A stretch of 64,000 bases of DNA from an uncultured Pelagibacteraceae bacterium (GCA_902635225.1 CACPNG010000003.1:1688-65687), one strand, 5' to 3'; shown: positions 17,638 through 27,648, counted from the first letter of the stretch. Numbers and translations are program-made. Notes: generated by a model from the sequence alone, not told the origin.

Positions 17638-18743
17638 TATCATTTATAATTCCTTTTATAATACTACTCACAGTTGTAGTATTTATCCACGAATATGGCC
17701 ATTATTACTATGCAAAGAAGTATGGAGTAGGAGTTACAGATTTTTCTATTGGATTTGGTAAAGAAATATTTGGCTTTAACGATAAGTCAGGAACTCGATG
17801 GAAGTTTTGTCTTATTCCATTAGGCGGATATGTAAAATTTTTTGGTGACAGAAATGTATTTAGCCAAGCAGAGCAAGAAGAGCTTTTAAAAAAATATAAT
17901 AAAGAAGATCAGAAAAAACTTTTTGTTGTTAAACCATTATACCAAAGATCTTTAATAGTTGCTGCAGGACCCTTTGCTAATTTCTTATTAGCAATATTAA
18001 TTTTTGCTTTTATATATATGTTTGCTGGAAAAGATTTCACACCAGCTCAAATACAAGAAGTTCAGTCAGAGAGCCCTGCTTACGAGGTGGGTATTAAACC
18101 TGGAGATATAATTAAATCAATTAACGATAAAGAAGTAAAAAGTATAATGGAAGTGTCGGCTTTTATAAACTCCTCTTCTTCTAATATTATAAATATTGGT
18201 ATTTTACGTAATGATAGAGAATTAACTTTCTCTGTTGAGCCAAAAGTTATTAAAAGTGAGGATGCTTTTGGAAATAAAGCAAATAAAAAGATAATCGGAA
18301 TTAAAATAGCCCCTTTAAATGAAGAAATTAATAGGCAAAGATTGGGTCCTGCAACAGCTTTATTTTATGCAGTGAAAGAAACATGGTTCGTTATTGACGC
18401 ATCATGGAATTTCATTGTTTCAATGTTTAAAGGCACTGGAGATACCACTCAGCTTGGAGGTCCTATAAAAATAGCTAAAATTACCGGGCAAGTGGCTAAA
18501 CTTGGTTTAATAGCTTTTTTAAGCATCATGGCCTATATATCGATAAGTTTGGGATTTATTAATTTATTACCTATTCCAATGTTAGACGGTGGACATTTAA
18601 TGTTTTACGCGATTGAAAAGGTTTTAGGCAGGCCTTTAACGCAAAAAACTCAAGAAGGTTTTTTTCGAATCGGTCTTTTTTTGCTGCTTTCTTTAATGTT
18701 TTTCACAACATTTAATGATTTGAAAGATTTAGGCTTATTTTAA
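17625..18743 (+). CDS. rseP: RIP metalloprotease RseP
   Basis: HEYGH, FSIGFG, AGPFANF, one PDZ domain, NLLPIPMLDGG. Confidence 0.93.
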   Translation: MEILISFIIPFIILLTVVVFIHEYGHYYYAKKYGVGVTDFSIGFGKEIFGFNDKSGTRWKFCLIPLGGYVKFFGDRNVFSQAEQEELLKKYNKEDQKKLFVVKPLYQRSLIVAAGPFANFLLAILIFAFIYMFAGKDFTPAQIQEVQSESPAYEVGIKPGDIIKSINDKEVKSIMEVSAFINSSSSNIINIGILRNDRELTFSVEPKVIKSEDAFGNKANKKIIGIKIAPLNEEINRQRLGPATALFYAVKETWFVIDASWNFIVSMFKGTGDTTQLGGPIKIAKITGQVAKLGLIAFLSIMAYISISLGFINLLPIPMLDGGHLMFYAIEKVLGRPLTQKTQEGFFRIGLFLLLSLMFFTTFNDLKDLGLF

Positions 18744-18884
18744 GCCATTTTTTTCAGCAAATAAGTCAATAAAATCAACACTTTTAAGCATACAAGATAT
18801 TGTGTTGATATTTACGTGAAACACCAAAAAAATGTTGATTTTACAGGATTTTTATAGAGATTAGAGAATAACTAAGGGGCATAA

Positions 18885-19160
18885 ATGAATAAAAAACAAT
18901 TAGTAGCAAAAATATCGTCCACACTGGGTCAAAGCAAAGCTGATGCTGAGAGAACTTTTGACTCAATAACGACTATTATTTTAGATGCTTTAAAGAATGA
19001 CGATACTGTAAAAATAGCTGGTTTTGGTACTTATAAGGTAGCAAAAAGAAAAGCTAGGGTTGGTAGAAACCCTCGGACAGGCGAGTCAATCCAAATTGCT
19101 GCATCTCAGAAAGTAAAGTTTTTACCTGCTAAAAGCTTAAAAGAAATGTTTAATAGATAA
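18885..19160 (+). CDS. hup: DNA-binding protein HU
   Basis: MNKKQL, GFGTY, RKARVGRNPRTGE.I.I.A. Confidence 0.92.
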   Translation: MNKKQLVAKISSTLGQSKADAERTFDSITTIILDALKNDDTVKIAGFGTYKVAKRKARVGRNPRTGESIQIAASQKVKFLPAKSLKEMFNR

Positions 19161-19169
19161 ACGTTTTAT

Positions 19170-19204
19170 TTAGCCCTTATTTGAAATCCTCAAATAAGGG
19201 CTAA
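19170..19204. terminator. Long hairpin terminator after HU
   Basis: TTAGCCCTTATTTGA-aatcc-TCAAATAAGGGCTAA, perfect 15-bp stem. Confidence 0.75.
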
Positions 19205-19298
19205 CTACTTGCAAAAACTGCATAGCTCAAATTAAGACAATTCAATTCTTTTTCAAAATTTAAAACTCTATAACGCTGGCTAAACAAGGGAGTTAGTT

Positions 19299-20591
19299 AT
19301 GAAAAAATACTTAGGATACTTTCTAGCAGGTACAGCCATATATTTTGGTTTTGCAGGTCTTGGATATGCCGAGACTACAGTGTCTGCAGAAGTACAATAC
19401 ATTTTTAATACCCTATTATTTTTAATGTCAGGTTTCTTAGTCATGTGGATGGCTGCAGGTTTCGCAATGTTAGAGTCAGGATTAGTAACATCAAAATCTG
19501 TATCAGCGATCTGCGCTAAAAATATAGGTTTATATTCAATCGCCGGAGTAATGTTCTGGTTGGTTGGTTATAATTTAGCTTACGGTATTCCAGAAGGCGG
19601 ATATATAGGCTCATTTACACCATGGAGTGACAATTCATCATTAGAGACAGGTTATTCTGATGGTTCTGATTGGTTTTTCCAAATGGTGTTCTGCGCCACT
19701 ACAATGTCAATCGTTTCTGGTACGTTAGCTGAGAGAATTAAGATCTGGCCATTTTTCTTATTTGCCGCAATTTTAACTGGAATTATCTATCCAATTTCAA
19801 TGGGCTGGCAGTGGGGTGGCGGATGGTTATCGGTTGCTGGATTTTCAGACTTTGCCGGTTCAACATTAGTACATGCTGCTGGAGGAGCTGCGGCTCTTGC
19901 CGGTGCAATCGTATTAGGTGCTAGAACTGGTAGATTTTCAGGAAAAGGCGAGGCTAAACCTATGGCACCATTTGCTGCATCATCAATTCCATTAGCAACA
20001 CTAGGAGTATTTATACTTTGGTTAGGTTGGTTCGGATTTAATGGTGGATCACAGTTAGCTTCTGGAACTTTAGAAGACGTTTCAGCAGTTGCAACAATTT
20101 ATATCAATACGAACTTAGCTGCAGGTGGTGGTGTATTAGCCGCTGCAACTGTATCAAGAGTAATTGGTGGAAAAACTGACGTAGTGATGATGTTAAACGG
20201 CGCGATTGCTGGTTTAGTAGGTATTACGGCAGAGCCATTAACACCAAGTCCGTTAGCTGCAATCTTCATTGGAGCAATAGCAGGGGTATTAATGTACTTC
20301 TCAACAAAACTATTGTTTAAAATGAAAATTGATGACGTAGTTGGAGCCATCCCAGCACACTTAGTAGCTGGAGTATGGGGTACACTAGCAGTGCCATTAA
20401 CAAATGGAGATGTTACTTTCGGAGCACAATTCTTAGGAACTATATCAGTTGTGGTATTCGTATTCGTTGTCTCACTAATTGTTTTCCAAATAATAAAAAA
20501 TACAGTTGGATTAAGAATTAGTAAAGAAGCTGAAAGACTAGGAACTGACAAAGCAGAAGTCGGTGTAATAGCCTACGGTATAAGAGACTAA
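19299..20591 (+). CDS. amt: Ammonium transporter (Amt family), paralog 1
   Basis: GFAMLESG, WFFQMVF, AERIK, DFAGSTLVH, GWFGFNGGS, DDVVGAIPAH; signal peptide. Confidence 0.95.
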   Translation: MKKYLGYFLAGTAIYFGFAGLGYAETTVSAEVQYIFNTLLFLMSGFLVMWMAAGFAMLESGLVTSKSVSAICAKNIGLYSIAGVMFWLVGYNLAYGIPEGGYIGSFTPWSDNSSLETGYSDGSDWFFQMVFCATTMSIVSGTLAERIKIWPFFLFAAILTGIIYPISMGWQWGGGWLSVAGFSDFAGSTLVHAAGGAAALAGAIVLGARTGRFSGKGEAKPMAPFAASSIPLATLGVFILWLGWFGFNGGSQLASGTLEDVSAVATIYINTNLAAGGGVLAAATVSRVIGGKTDVVMMLNGAIAGLVGITAEPLTPSPLAAIFIGAIAGVLMYFSTKLLFKMKIDDVVGAIPAHLVAGVWGTLAVPLTNGDVTFGAQFLGTISVVVFVFVVSLIVFQIIKNTVGLRISKEAERLGTDKAEVGVIAYGIRD

Positions 20592-20627
20592 TTAAACAAT
20601 TCCCTCCCTCGTTAGTTGGGAAAAATT

Positions 20628-20670
20628 ATAAGGCCTGGTTCGGATCCCCCGCCCAGGCCTTATTTATTTT
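20628..20670 (+). terminator. Intrinsic terminator between the amt genes
   Basis: ATAAGGCCTGG...CCAGGCCTTAT followed by TTATTTT. Confidence 0.75.
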
Positions 20671-20748
20671 ACAAACCTCGTATGCATTTAATTCATGCTT
20701 CAAAAGTTCTAAATTTGATATCAAGTCATCAAAAAAAAAGGGGGAAAC

Positions 20749-22038
20749 ATGAAAAAATTAACTTTCATTTTATTAGGTTGTATTTCTGCTTTACTAATCA
20801 GCTCTCAAAGCTACGCAGAAACTACTATGTCACAAGAGGGACAATATATTTTTAACTCACTAGGATTTTATTTGGGTGGAGTGCTAGTTGCTTTCATGGC
20901 AGCAGGTTTCTGTATGCTGGAGAGTGGATTAGTGACCACAAAAAGTGTGTCGACAATAGCCGCGAAAAATATAGGTAAATTCGCTATATGCTCGCTCGTA
21001 TTCTTTTTAGTAGGCTATAATTTAGCTTACGGAGTGCCAGAAGGTGGTTACGTAGGTTCATTTACCATTTGGACAGACTCTTCAGATGCTGAAACAGGTT
21101 ATTCAGGCTATTCAGACTGGTTCTTTCAAACGATGTTTGTGTGTGCAACAGCTTCAATCGTATCAGGTGCAGTAGCAGAGAGAATTAAGATCTGGCCATT
21201 CTTCATTTTTGCAGCTGTTATGGCAGGAATTATCTATCCAATTTCTATGGGATGGCAATGGGGAGGCGGCTGGCTAGCAAGCGGTGGCTTTTCAGACTTT
21301 GCTGGATCAACTCTTGTTCACGGATGCGGAGGTGCAGCAGCACTAGCAGGAGTAATCGTATTAGGTGCGAGAGAAGGAAGATTTGGTAGAAAGGGTGAAA
21401 AGAAATCTATGCAACCTTTTGCTGCTTCAAGCATTCCTTTAGTAACTTTAGGAACATTTTTACTATGGTTTGGTTGGTTTGGATTTAATGGTTTCAGTCA
21501 ATTAGCAATGGGAACTTTTGATGACGTAAATGCAATTTCAAAAATTGCAGTTAATACCCACTTAGCTGGAGCTGCAGGTACTTTTACCGGAGCCGCAATT
21601 ACGAGATTAATCGGAGGAAAAACTGATATCGTGATGATGCTTAACGGTGCACTAGCTGGACTGGTAGCTATAACAGCAGAACCTTTAACGCCTGGTCCAA
21701 TCACAGCTATGTTTATTGGTTCTATTGGAGCCATAATAATGTATTTCGGTACAAAAATGTTAGAAAGCTACGGTTTAGATGATGTAGTCGGAGCAATTCC
21801 AGTACATATGTTTGCAGGAATTTTTGGTACATTAGTAGTTCCTCTTACAAATCCAGATACATCCTTTGGCACTCAATTCATAGGCACAGCCTCTGTATGT
21901 ATCTTTAGCTTTGGATTATCTTGGGCAACATTTACAATACTTAAATCAACTGTCGGTTTAAGAATTAGTAAGGCTGCTGAGAAATTAGGAACAGACAAAG
22001 CTGAAGTAGGTGTAACAGCTTACTCTATAAGAGACTAA
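20749..22038 (+). CDS. amt: Ammonium transporter (Amt family), paralog 2
   Basis: Same Amt motifs (DFAGSTLVH, GWFGFNG, DDVVGAIPVH); clearly paralogous to 19299-20591. Confidence 0.95.
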   Translation: MKKLTFILLGCISALLISSQSYAETTMSQEGQYIFNSLGFYLGGVLVAFMAAGFCMLESGLVTTKSVSTIAAKNIGKFAICSLVFFLVGYNLAYGVPEGGYVGSFTIWTDSSDAETGYSGYSDWFFQTMFVCATASIVSGAVAERIKIWPFFIFAAVMAGIIYPISMGWQWGGGWLASGGFSDFAGSTLVHGCGGAAALAGVIVLGAREGRFGRKGEKKSMQPFAASSIPLVTLGTFLLWFGWFGFNGFSQLAMGTFDDVNAISKIAVNTHLAGAAGTFTGAAITRLIGGKTDIVMMLNGALAGLVAITAEPLTPGPITAMFIGSIGAIIMYFGTKMLESYGLDDVVGAIPVHMFAGIFGTLVVPLTNPDTSFGTQFIGTASVCIFSFGLSWATFTILKSTVGLRISKAAEKLGTDKAEVGVTAYSIRD

Positions 22039-22047
22039 TATAAATTA

Positions 22048-22075
22048 TAAAAGGCTCGAGAAATCGAGCCTTTTA
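22048..22075. terminator. Bidirectional intrinsic terminator
   Basis: TAAAAGGCTCGA-GAAA-TCGAGCCTTTTA between convergent genes. Confidence 0.85.
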
Positions 22076-23098
22076 CTGGCTATTTTCTTCCCAAATTTTT
22101 TCCCAATCTACATTTGGTGACAAACCAAAAATAGAATTAATATTAGTAAAATGCACTGCTAAAGATGGTATGGGCGAAATACATAATTCTTTCTCATAGA
22201 TTGTGTGAAGTGGTTTTTCGAATGGAGCGTGTTCTTTTTTACACATACCAATATATTGGTCCCAATATTTCTCTATTATATTTTTGCTGGTAAGAAATGT
22301 GCATAGAGTTTCATTTACTTTTCTCCAATGATAATTATGCCCTAGAAAATTTTGGGTAATATCTGCTTTTGCATATAAATATGGATAGTCTGTCGGGCAC
22401 AAGATTAAATCTTTATTTATTTGAGAAGCTAATCTTTCATAAGTAAATATCATTTCGCTTATTGCATGTTTTTGGTGTAAATAATCATCTTCCACAAAAT
22501 AAATTAAGTCTTCAGATTTTTTTGCCTCCAGAAGGGATTTATTTATATTTGCCATATTTGACATTTGGTTTGTAGAGACCTTTTCGCCTCTCTCATTTAA
22601 GTTTTCTATTTCATTTTCAAACTTTGAAACATCAAGTTTTATCAAGTCATAATTAATATCAAAACTTTTAAATATAGAATTTATTTTTTCTAAATTTTGT
22701 TTTGAAGAATTGTGATCAATAACTTTAAAGTTAATTTTAATTTTTTCGAGTTGAGAATTGTTTTTTACTGAATTTAATATAGAATGAATCGTTCTAGACG
22801 TGTACTCAATTTTTTGTTTTTCAAATAGTCTTTTCTTATTTTGAGTAAGCATATTAACACTTGCACAAGTTCGAATAATTATGTCTAAAGCTTTTACAGG
22901 TCTCGTAATGTTAATTTTTCCTAGAGGCAGATTAATAGAATTTTTTCCGATAGCACTAATTTCATCATTTATCTTTTTATCAAGTGTGACAATTTTAAAA
23001 GTATTTTGGTCTATAATCTCAAAACCTAGTTTTCTAGAAAGCTTAATAAAAATTCTTTTCAAAAAACTATTTTTTTTTGAATTTTCTATATTTTTCAT
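22073..23098 (-). CDS. GT-A fold glycosyltransferase-like protein
   Basis: IDHNS and YFVEDDYLH (DxD-like) motifs; SPIPSLAVH. Confidence 0.6.
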   Translation of the reverse strand: MKNIENSKKNSFLKRIFIKLSRKLGFEIIDQNTFKIVTLDKKINDEISAIGKNSINLPLGKINITRPVKALDIIIRTCASVNMLTQNKKRLFEKQKIEYTSRTIHSILNSVKNNSQLEKIKINFKVIDHNSSKQNLEKINSIFKSFDINYDLIKLDVSKFENEIENLNERGEKVSTNQMSNMANINKSLLEAKKSEDLIYFVEDDYLHQKHAISEMIFTYERLASQINKDLILCPTDYPYLYAKADITQNFLGHNYHWRKVNETLCTFLTSKNIIEKYWDQYIGMCKKEHAPFEKPLHTIYEKELCISPIPSLAVHFTNINSIFGLSPNVDWEKIWEENSQ

Positions 23099-23136
23099 AC
23101 TAGTAAAATATATATAATAGTTTAATTATTTGATCT

Positions 23137-23535
23137 ATGAGTATTAAATCTTCGCAAAAACTAGTTCAAGAAGCTAATGAAAATATTGAAACACTAAGCG
23201 CAAAGGAAATAAAAAGCCTTGTCGAAAAAAACGAGGTTACTTTAATAGATGTTAGGGATATTCGGGAACTCTGGAAAGAGGGAACTATTAAGGGCTCAAA
23301 ACATATACCAAGAGGTATGTTAGAATTTTGGCTTGATCCTGAAAGCTCATACTATCAAGAAAATAAAATAAAAGACTCAAAAAAAATGGTCTTATTTTGC
23401 GCCTTAGGTTTTAGATCAGCTCTTGCAACTAAGGCTCTTGCTGATATGGGTTTTAAAAATGTAGCAAATGCTAGTGGAGGATTTGACGCTTTAAAAAATG
23501 CTGGATTAGAAGTTGTGATTAAAGAAAAAAAATAA
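23137..23535 (+). CDS. Rhodanese-like domain protein
   Basis: LIDVRD, HIPRGMLEF, FCALGFRSALA, GGF.A. Confidence 0.9.
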   Translation: MSIKSSQKLVQEANENIETLSAKEIKSLVEKNEVTLIDVRDIRELWKEGTIKGSKHIPRGMLEFWLDPESSYYQENKIKDSKKMVLFCALGFRSALATKALADMGFKNVANASGGFDALKNAGLEVVIKEKK

Positions 23536-23537
23536 AA

Positions 23538-24125
23538 TTATTTGCTCGCCTCTTTTAAAACAAACTCTATTCTGTCTTGACCCCAGAAAATTTTATTATT
23601 TGAAACAAAAGTTGGCGCTCCAAAAATACCTTTCTCATAAGCCTCACTTGTTTTTCTTTTTAAACTATCTTTTATTGCAGATGAAGTTGCTCTTAAAGCA
23701 AAAGTTTTAGGATTAACATTCAAGTTTTTTAACACCTTTTGTATAATATTTTCATCGTTCATGTTCAGTCCATCCTGCCAAATTGAATTAAAAATACTAT
23801 CAATGTAATAACTCTTAAAATTGTCCTCTTCTGCAACAAAAACACCACGCATAAGATTTAAACTTCTTATAGGAAAATATGAATTAAATTTGAATTTTAT
23901 GTTATTTCTCTCAGCAATGAGTTTACAATCCCTAATCATATGTTTTGCTTTTGCAGGTATAAATGCTGGAGCTTTAATTCCATGCAAATTATGTAAACCT
24001 CCTAAAAGTATTGGTTTATATTTTACTTTTATCGATTCTTTACGCTCTATTTTTCTTATTTCTTTATGAGCAAGAAAAGAATAAGGACTTATAAAGTCGA
24101 AATAAAAATCAAAAGGCTTAATCAT
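23538..24125 (-). CDS. 2-hydroxychromene-2-carboxylate isomerase / kappa-GST (DsbA-like)
   Basis: FYFDFISPYS, PILLGG, GIFGAPTF, FWGQDR; start taken at 24125. Confidence 0.88.
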   Translation of the reverse strand: MIKPFDFYFDFISPYSFLAHKEIRKIERKESIKVKYKPILLGGLHNLHGIKAPAFIPAKAKHMIRDCKLIAERNNIKFKFNSYFPIRSLNLMRGVFVAEEDNFKSYYIDSIFNSIWQDGLNMNDENIIQKVLKNLNVNPKTFALRATSSAIKDSLKRKTSEAYEKGIFGAPTFVSNNKIFWGQDRIEFVLKEASK

Positions 24126-24588
24126 TGAAACTGATTTTTTTTGCAAAAAATATTCTAAAAAACCAATACACTAATAATCCTATTGGCCCAGTAAAGTAAG
24201 TTAGAATTAGCGAAGGAATCGTAATAATTTTTGGAATAGAATATCTTTTTGAATCTCTTGTTATCCATGAACCTGCAAATAGACTTATAGCGAGAAAATG
24301 CAGCCAGAAAATTAATAATAAAGACTCATTTGCAAACATTGAATATAAGCCATCTAAACCACTATAGAGTTCAAAACCATCAAAAATATTATTCTCCAAA
24401 TATAAATTATAAGATAAATAGATATAGCCAATAGCAAGAAGCAGTGGAGCGATTATTGATTGTACAAAAAAATTAGTAAGGCTATGGTATGGAGCAAAAA
24501 TTAATAACAACCAAAAAGGAATTATCCCCCAATTTGCAGCTAGGTAAATATTTTCAGAATTTATCAAACCTAGAAGATCATTTATCAT
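24118..24588 (-). CDS. ABA4-like (DUF4281) membrane protein
   Basis: PFW.LLIFAP, W.HFLA..LF.G.W, FTGPIGLL.Y. Confidence 0.85.
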   Translation of the reverse strand: MINDLLGLINSENIYLAANWGIIPFWLLLIFAPYHSLTNFFVQSIIAPLLLAIGYIYLSYNLYLENNIFDGFELYSGLDGLYSMFANESLLLIFWLHFLAISLFAGSWITRDSKRYSIPKIITIPSLILTYFTGPIGLLVYWFFRIFFAKKISFND

Positions 24589-24614
24589 CGAAAATAATAT
24601 AGTATATTAAAATA

Positions 24615-25175
24615 ATGAATCCCACAGGAAATAAAAGCGATTTTGATGATCTGACTACAAATTTGAAAGACTTAGCATATTCTTATCTTGAAAAATATAA
24701 TCCTTCTAAACAGCAATTAAAGGTTTTTTTACTAAAAAAATATCTTACTAAAATCAAGGGAACTAAGTCAAAAAAAGAAGTGACATCAATCATTGAGGAG
24801 ATAGTTTCTAATTTAGAAAAAAATAAAATTTTAAATGATGCATTATATTCTGATTCAAAAGCAAGAATGTTTCTAAGAAGAGGATATTCTCTGAATAAAA
24901 TTAATAAGTCTCTTAGAAGCAAAGGTATAGAGGATAAATATGTAAAACAAAGTATTGAAAAAATAAAAGATAATGAAATTGAACCAGATTTTGTATCAGC
25001 ATTAAAACTTTGTAAAAGAAGAAGAATAGGTCCAGTTAGACCTGGTGATAACCGAGAATTATTTTACAAAAAAGATATGGGTATTTTGGCAAGAAATGGA
25101 TTTAGTTTTGAATTATCAAAAAGAGTGTTGAACCTTGAGTTTGATGAATTTAATAAATTAATTAAGCTTATCTGA
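24615..25175 (+). CDS. recX: RecX family regulatory protein
   Basis: A..YL..Y..S..QL, LND..Y, RGYS...I...L..KGI, RRRIGP.R, LARNGFSF. Confidence 0.75.
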   Translation: MNPTGNKSDFDDLTTNLKDLAYSYLEKYNPSKQQLKVFLLKKYLTKIKGTKSKKEVTSIIEEIVSNLEKNKILNDALYSDSKARMFLRRGYSLNKINKSLRSKGIEDKYVKQSIEKIKDNEIEPDFVSALKLCKRRRIGPVRPGDNRELFYKKDMGILARNGFSFELSKRVLNLEFDEFNKLIKLI

Positions 25176-25301
25176 TTTCTTTTTTTTTTCCTCTTCAACA
25201 AGAAAATCAATTTTCCTTTTTAAAGCATTTCTAACTAAAATAAAAAATAAAACTCCAAAAAAGGTAACTGAAAGTATAATTATTAAAATTGTTTTAATCA
25301 T
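25158..25301 (-). CDS. Small single-TM protein (47 aa, missed by ORF track)
   Basis: MIKTILIIILSVTFFGVLFFILVRNALKRKIDFLVEEEKKKKSDKLN; start overlaps the cysQ stop. Confidence 0.55.
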   Translation of the reverse strand: MIKTILIIILSVTFFGVLFFILVRNALKRKIDFLVEEEKKKKSDKLN

Positions 25302-26073
25302 TTAAATTTTTAGCTCTTTTAATTAATAAACTAGGATTTTTGTAATTTTCTTTTCCATATAAAAAAGGCTGTTCATCTAAAGTTGTAATTATTGCCCCAG
25401 CATTTTTGGCGACTGCATGCCCTGCAGCATAATCCCATTCATGTGCTCTTTCTCTAGCTGCATAAATATCATACTCACCAGCTGCTATTACACAAAATTT
25501 ATAAGAACTGGCCATTTTAACTATCGAATTAACTTTATACTCTTTTAATTTATTGAGAATAATATCAGAAGGTTTTATTACGCTTGATAATGCAACTACT
25601 TTTTCTTTTGGCTGAAGTTTTTTACAATTAATCTTTTTAACATTATCATTTTCAATTAAATAACTTTCTCCTGGAGCATAAGTATAAAAAAGTCTATTTT
25701 TTTTTGGTACGCCTACAAGTCCCAGAACTGGAACAGTATTAATTATTAAAGCTGCGTTGAGTGTATACTCGTCTTTACCTGCTATATATTCTTTAGTTCC
25801 ATCGATTGGATCAATTAACCAAAATATTTTAGCGGTATTTTTAACATTTAAATCCACTGTTTCTTCAGAAATTATTTTAATACTTGGTGTTAATTCTTTA
25901 ATCTTTTTTTGTATTAAAGTATTTACAGTTAAATCTCCATTACTTACAGGAGATTTGTCCTCTTTAATCTCTATCTTTAAGCCTTCGTCATATAGTCTAA
26001 TAGACTCTTTTCCAGCGTAGTTAAAAGTTTCGATAAGACTTTCAACAATATTTTTGAGTTCATCTTTGTTCAT
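25294..26073 (-). CDS. cysQ: 3'(2'),5'-bisphosphate nucleotidase
   Basis: K.DKSPVS.GD, ISEE, FWLIDPIDGTKEY, SSYKFC.IA.G, EWDYAAGHA. Confidence 0.88.
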   Translation of the reverse strand: MNKDELKNIVESLIETFNYAGKESIRLYDEGLKIEIKEDKSPVSNGDLTVNTLIQKKIKELTPSIKIISEETVDLNVKNTAKIFWLIDPIDGTKEYIAGKDEYTLNAALIINTVPVLGLVGVPKKNRLFYTYAPGESYLIENDNVKKINCKKLQPKEKVVALSSVIKPSDIILNKLKEYKVNSIVKMASSYKFCVIAAGEYDIYAARERAHEWDYAAGHAVAKNAGAIITTLDEQPFLYGKENYKNPSLLIKRAKNLND

Positions 26074-26239
26074 TTTCTACTTTTTCTAATTTTACATTTT
26101 CAATATTTATTACTCTTTTTCCAAAGTTTTCAAAATTCACTGTTACCTTATTTCCAAGAATTGATTGAACTTGACCAATGCCCCAATCCTTATTTGCAGG
26201 ATTTATCACATAATCACCTGGTTCAAAATCAATAAGCAT
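26060..26239 (-). CDS. DUF3553 family protein (59 aa, missed by ORF track)
   Basis: MLIDFEPGDYVINPANKDWGIGQVQSILGNKVTVNFENFGKRVIN... Confidence 0.85.
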   Translation of the reverse strand: MLIDFEPGDYVINPANKDWGIGQVQSILGNKVTVNFENFGKRVINIENVKLEKVENEQR

Positions 26240-26279
26240 TATGGAAAATTACTAACAAATATACTATACACTCTAAATT

Positions 26280-27407
26280 ATGAATTCTCTAGGTATTAAA
26301 AAGCCAAAAAAAGAAACTAAAGTTGTGGTAGCAATGTCAGGTGGTGTTGACTCCTCTGTTGTGGCCGCATTGATGAAACAAGAGGGTTTTGATGTCACGG
26401 GAATAACTCTTAAACTTTACGATGATTCAAAACAATCAAAAGAAGGTAGACAATGTTGTGCTGGCCAAGATATTTTAGATGCAAAAAGAGTTTCAGAAAA
26501 AATAAATATTAATCATGAAATTTTATACTACCAGAAAAAATTTAAAACAGAGGTAATCGACACATTTATAGACAGTTATGCTTCAGGAGAAACCCCTATA
26601 CCATGTGTTCAATGTAATCAGACCGTTAAATTTAGAGACTTATTTAAATATGCAAAAGATTTAAAAGCAGACGCATTAATAACTGGTCATTACGTTTCCA
26701 GAATTCAAAGTAATAGTCATGCAAGCATGTATCGAGCTAAAGATTATAGTAGGGATCAAAGTTATTTTTTATTTAGTACTACGCAAGAGCAACTTGATTA
26801 TTTAAGATTTCCTTTAGGGGAAATAGATAAATCTGAAACTAGAACTATAGCAAAAAAATTAAATTTAAATGTTGCTGAAAAACCAGATAGCCAAGATATT
26901 TGTTTTGTTCCTAACGGGGATTATAGCTCTGTTATTCAAAAATTTAGGCCTGAGTCTTTTAAAAAGGGTAAAATTATAAACCTTTCTGGAAAACAAATAG
27001 GAGAACATGAAGGTATAATTAATTATACAATTGGACAACGAAAAGGGATAAAAATTCCAAGTGAAAAACCGCTTTACGTAGTAAATATAGATGCATTAAA
27101 CAATACTGTAATCGTTGGAAATAAAGAAAATTTAGAAATTAAGAAAATTAAATTAAGAGATCTAAATATTTTAGAAAACAGAAAAGAGTTCGAAAAAATT
27201 ATCAATATAAAGGTAAGGTCCACTGGTAGACTTTTAAAAGCTAAAATTAATTTCTTAGGTAATTTTGCTGAAGTTGAAATTTTAGAAAAAGAAACTGGAA
27301 TTTCTCCAGGACAAGCTTGTGTTTTTTACTCTAAAGATGAAATTGGGGATAAGGTTTTAGGCGGCGGCTGGATTGATAAGACATTTAATAATTATTTATC
27401 CACGTAG
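26280..27407 (+). CDS. mnmA: tRNA-specific 2-thiouridylase
   Basis: [52 protein letters not shown]. Confidence 0.97.
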   Translation: MNSLGIKKPKKETKVVVAMSGGVDSSVVAALMKQEGFDVTGITLKLYDDSKQSKEGRQCCAGQDILDAKRVSEKININHEILYYQKKFKTEVIDTFIDSYASGETPIPCVQCNQTVKFRDLFKYAKDLKADALITGHYVSRIQSNSHASMYRAKDYSRDQSYFLFSTTQEQLDYLRFPLGEIDKSETRTIAKKLNLNVAEKPDSQDICFVPNGDYSSVIQKFRPESFKKGKIINLSGKQIGEHEGIINYTIGQRKGIKIPSEKPLYVVNIDALNNTVIVGNKENLEIKKIKLRDLNILENRKEFEKIINIKVRSTGRLLKAKINFLGNFAEVEILEKETGISPGQACVFYSKDEIGDKVLGGGWIDKTFNNYLST

Positions 27408-27477
27408 TTAACAACGTAAAATAAAACACGCATTAAGTGTTTAACTAATTACATTTTCTATGATTAAATGGTTTTAA

Positions 27478-27648
27478 TTAAGAGGCAACTCTTAACTGGC
27501 CATTTAGGGAAAAACCGAGAGGTTCAAGCTTAAAGGGCAGAAAGGTGAACCTAGTAGCGCTAGAATAGTTCATCGGGACGGCTTGGCGGTAGCGCCTAAA
27601 ACGACGAGCCAAAACTACTAAATTTCTGGGCGAAAGCCTAGAAATTTA
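27478..27648 (+). ncRNA. Structured non-coding RNA (four stem-loops plus 3' hairpin), family unassigned
   Basis: GC-rich intergenic island; GNRA loops GCAA (27485-88), GAGA (27517-20), GAAA (27632-35); further stems at 27496-27540, 27544-27574, 27580-27610; TATGAT -10-like box at 27459-27464. Confidence 0.75.

Noticed and set aside
18808-18823. parS-like site (ATATTTACGTGAAACA)
   Set aside because: Only one half matches TGTTTCACGTGAAACA (12 of 16); it is not palindromic.
20616-20855. 79-aa ORF between the amt genes
   Set aside because: Spans a terminator hairpin and overlaps amt2 out of frame.
27468-27533. 21-codon ORF (MVLIKRQLLTGHLGKNREVQA) over the structured RNA
   Set aside because: No SD, and the sequence is better explained by GNRA-capped hairpins.
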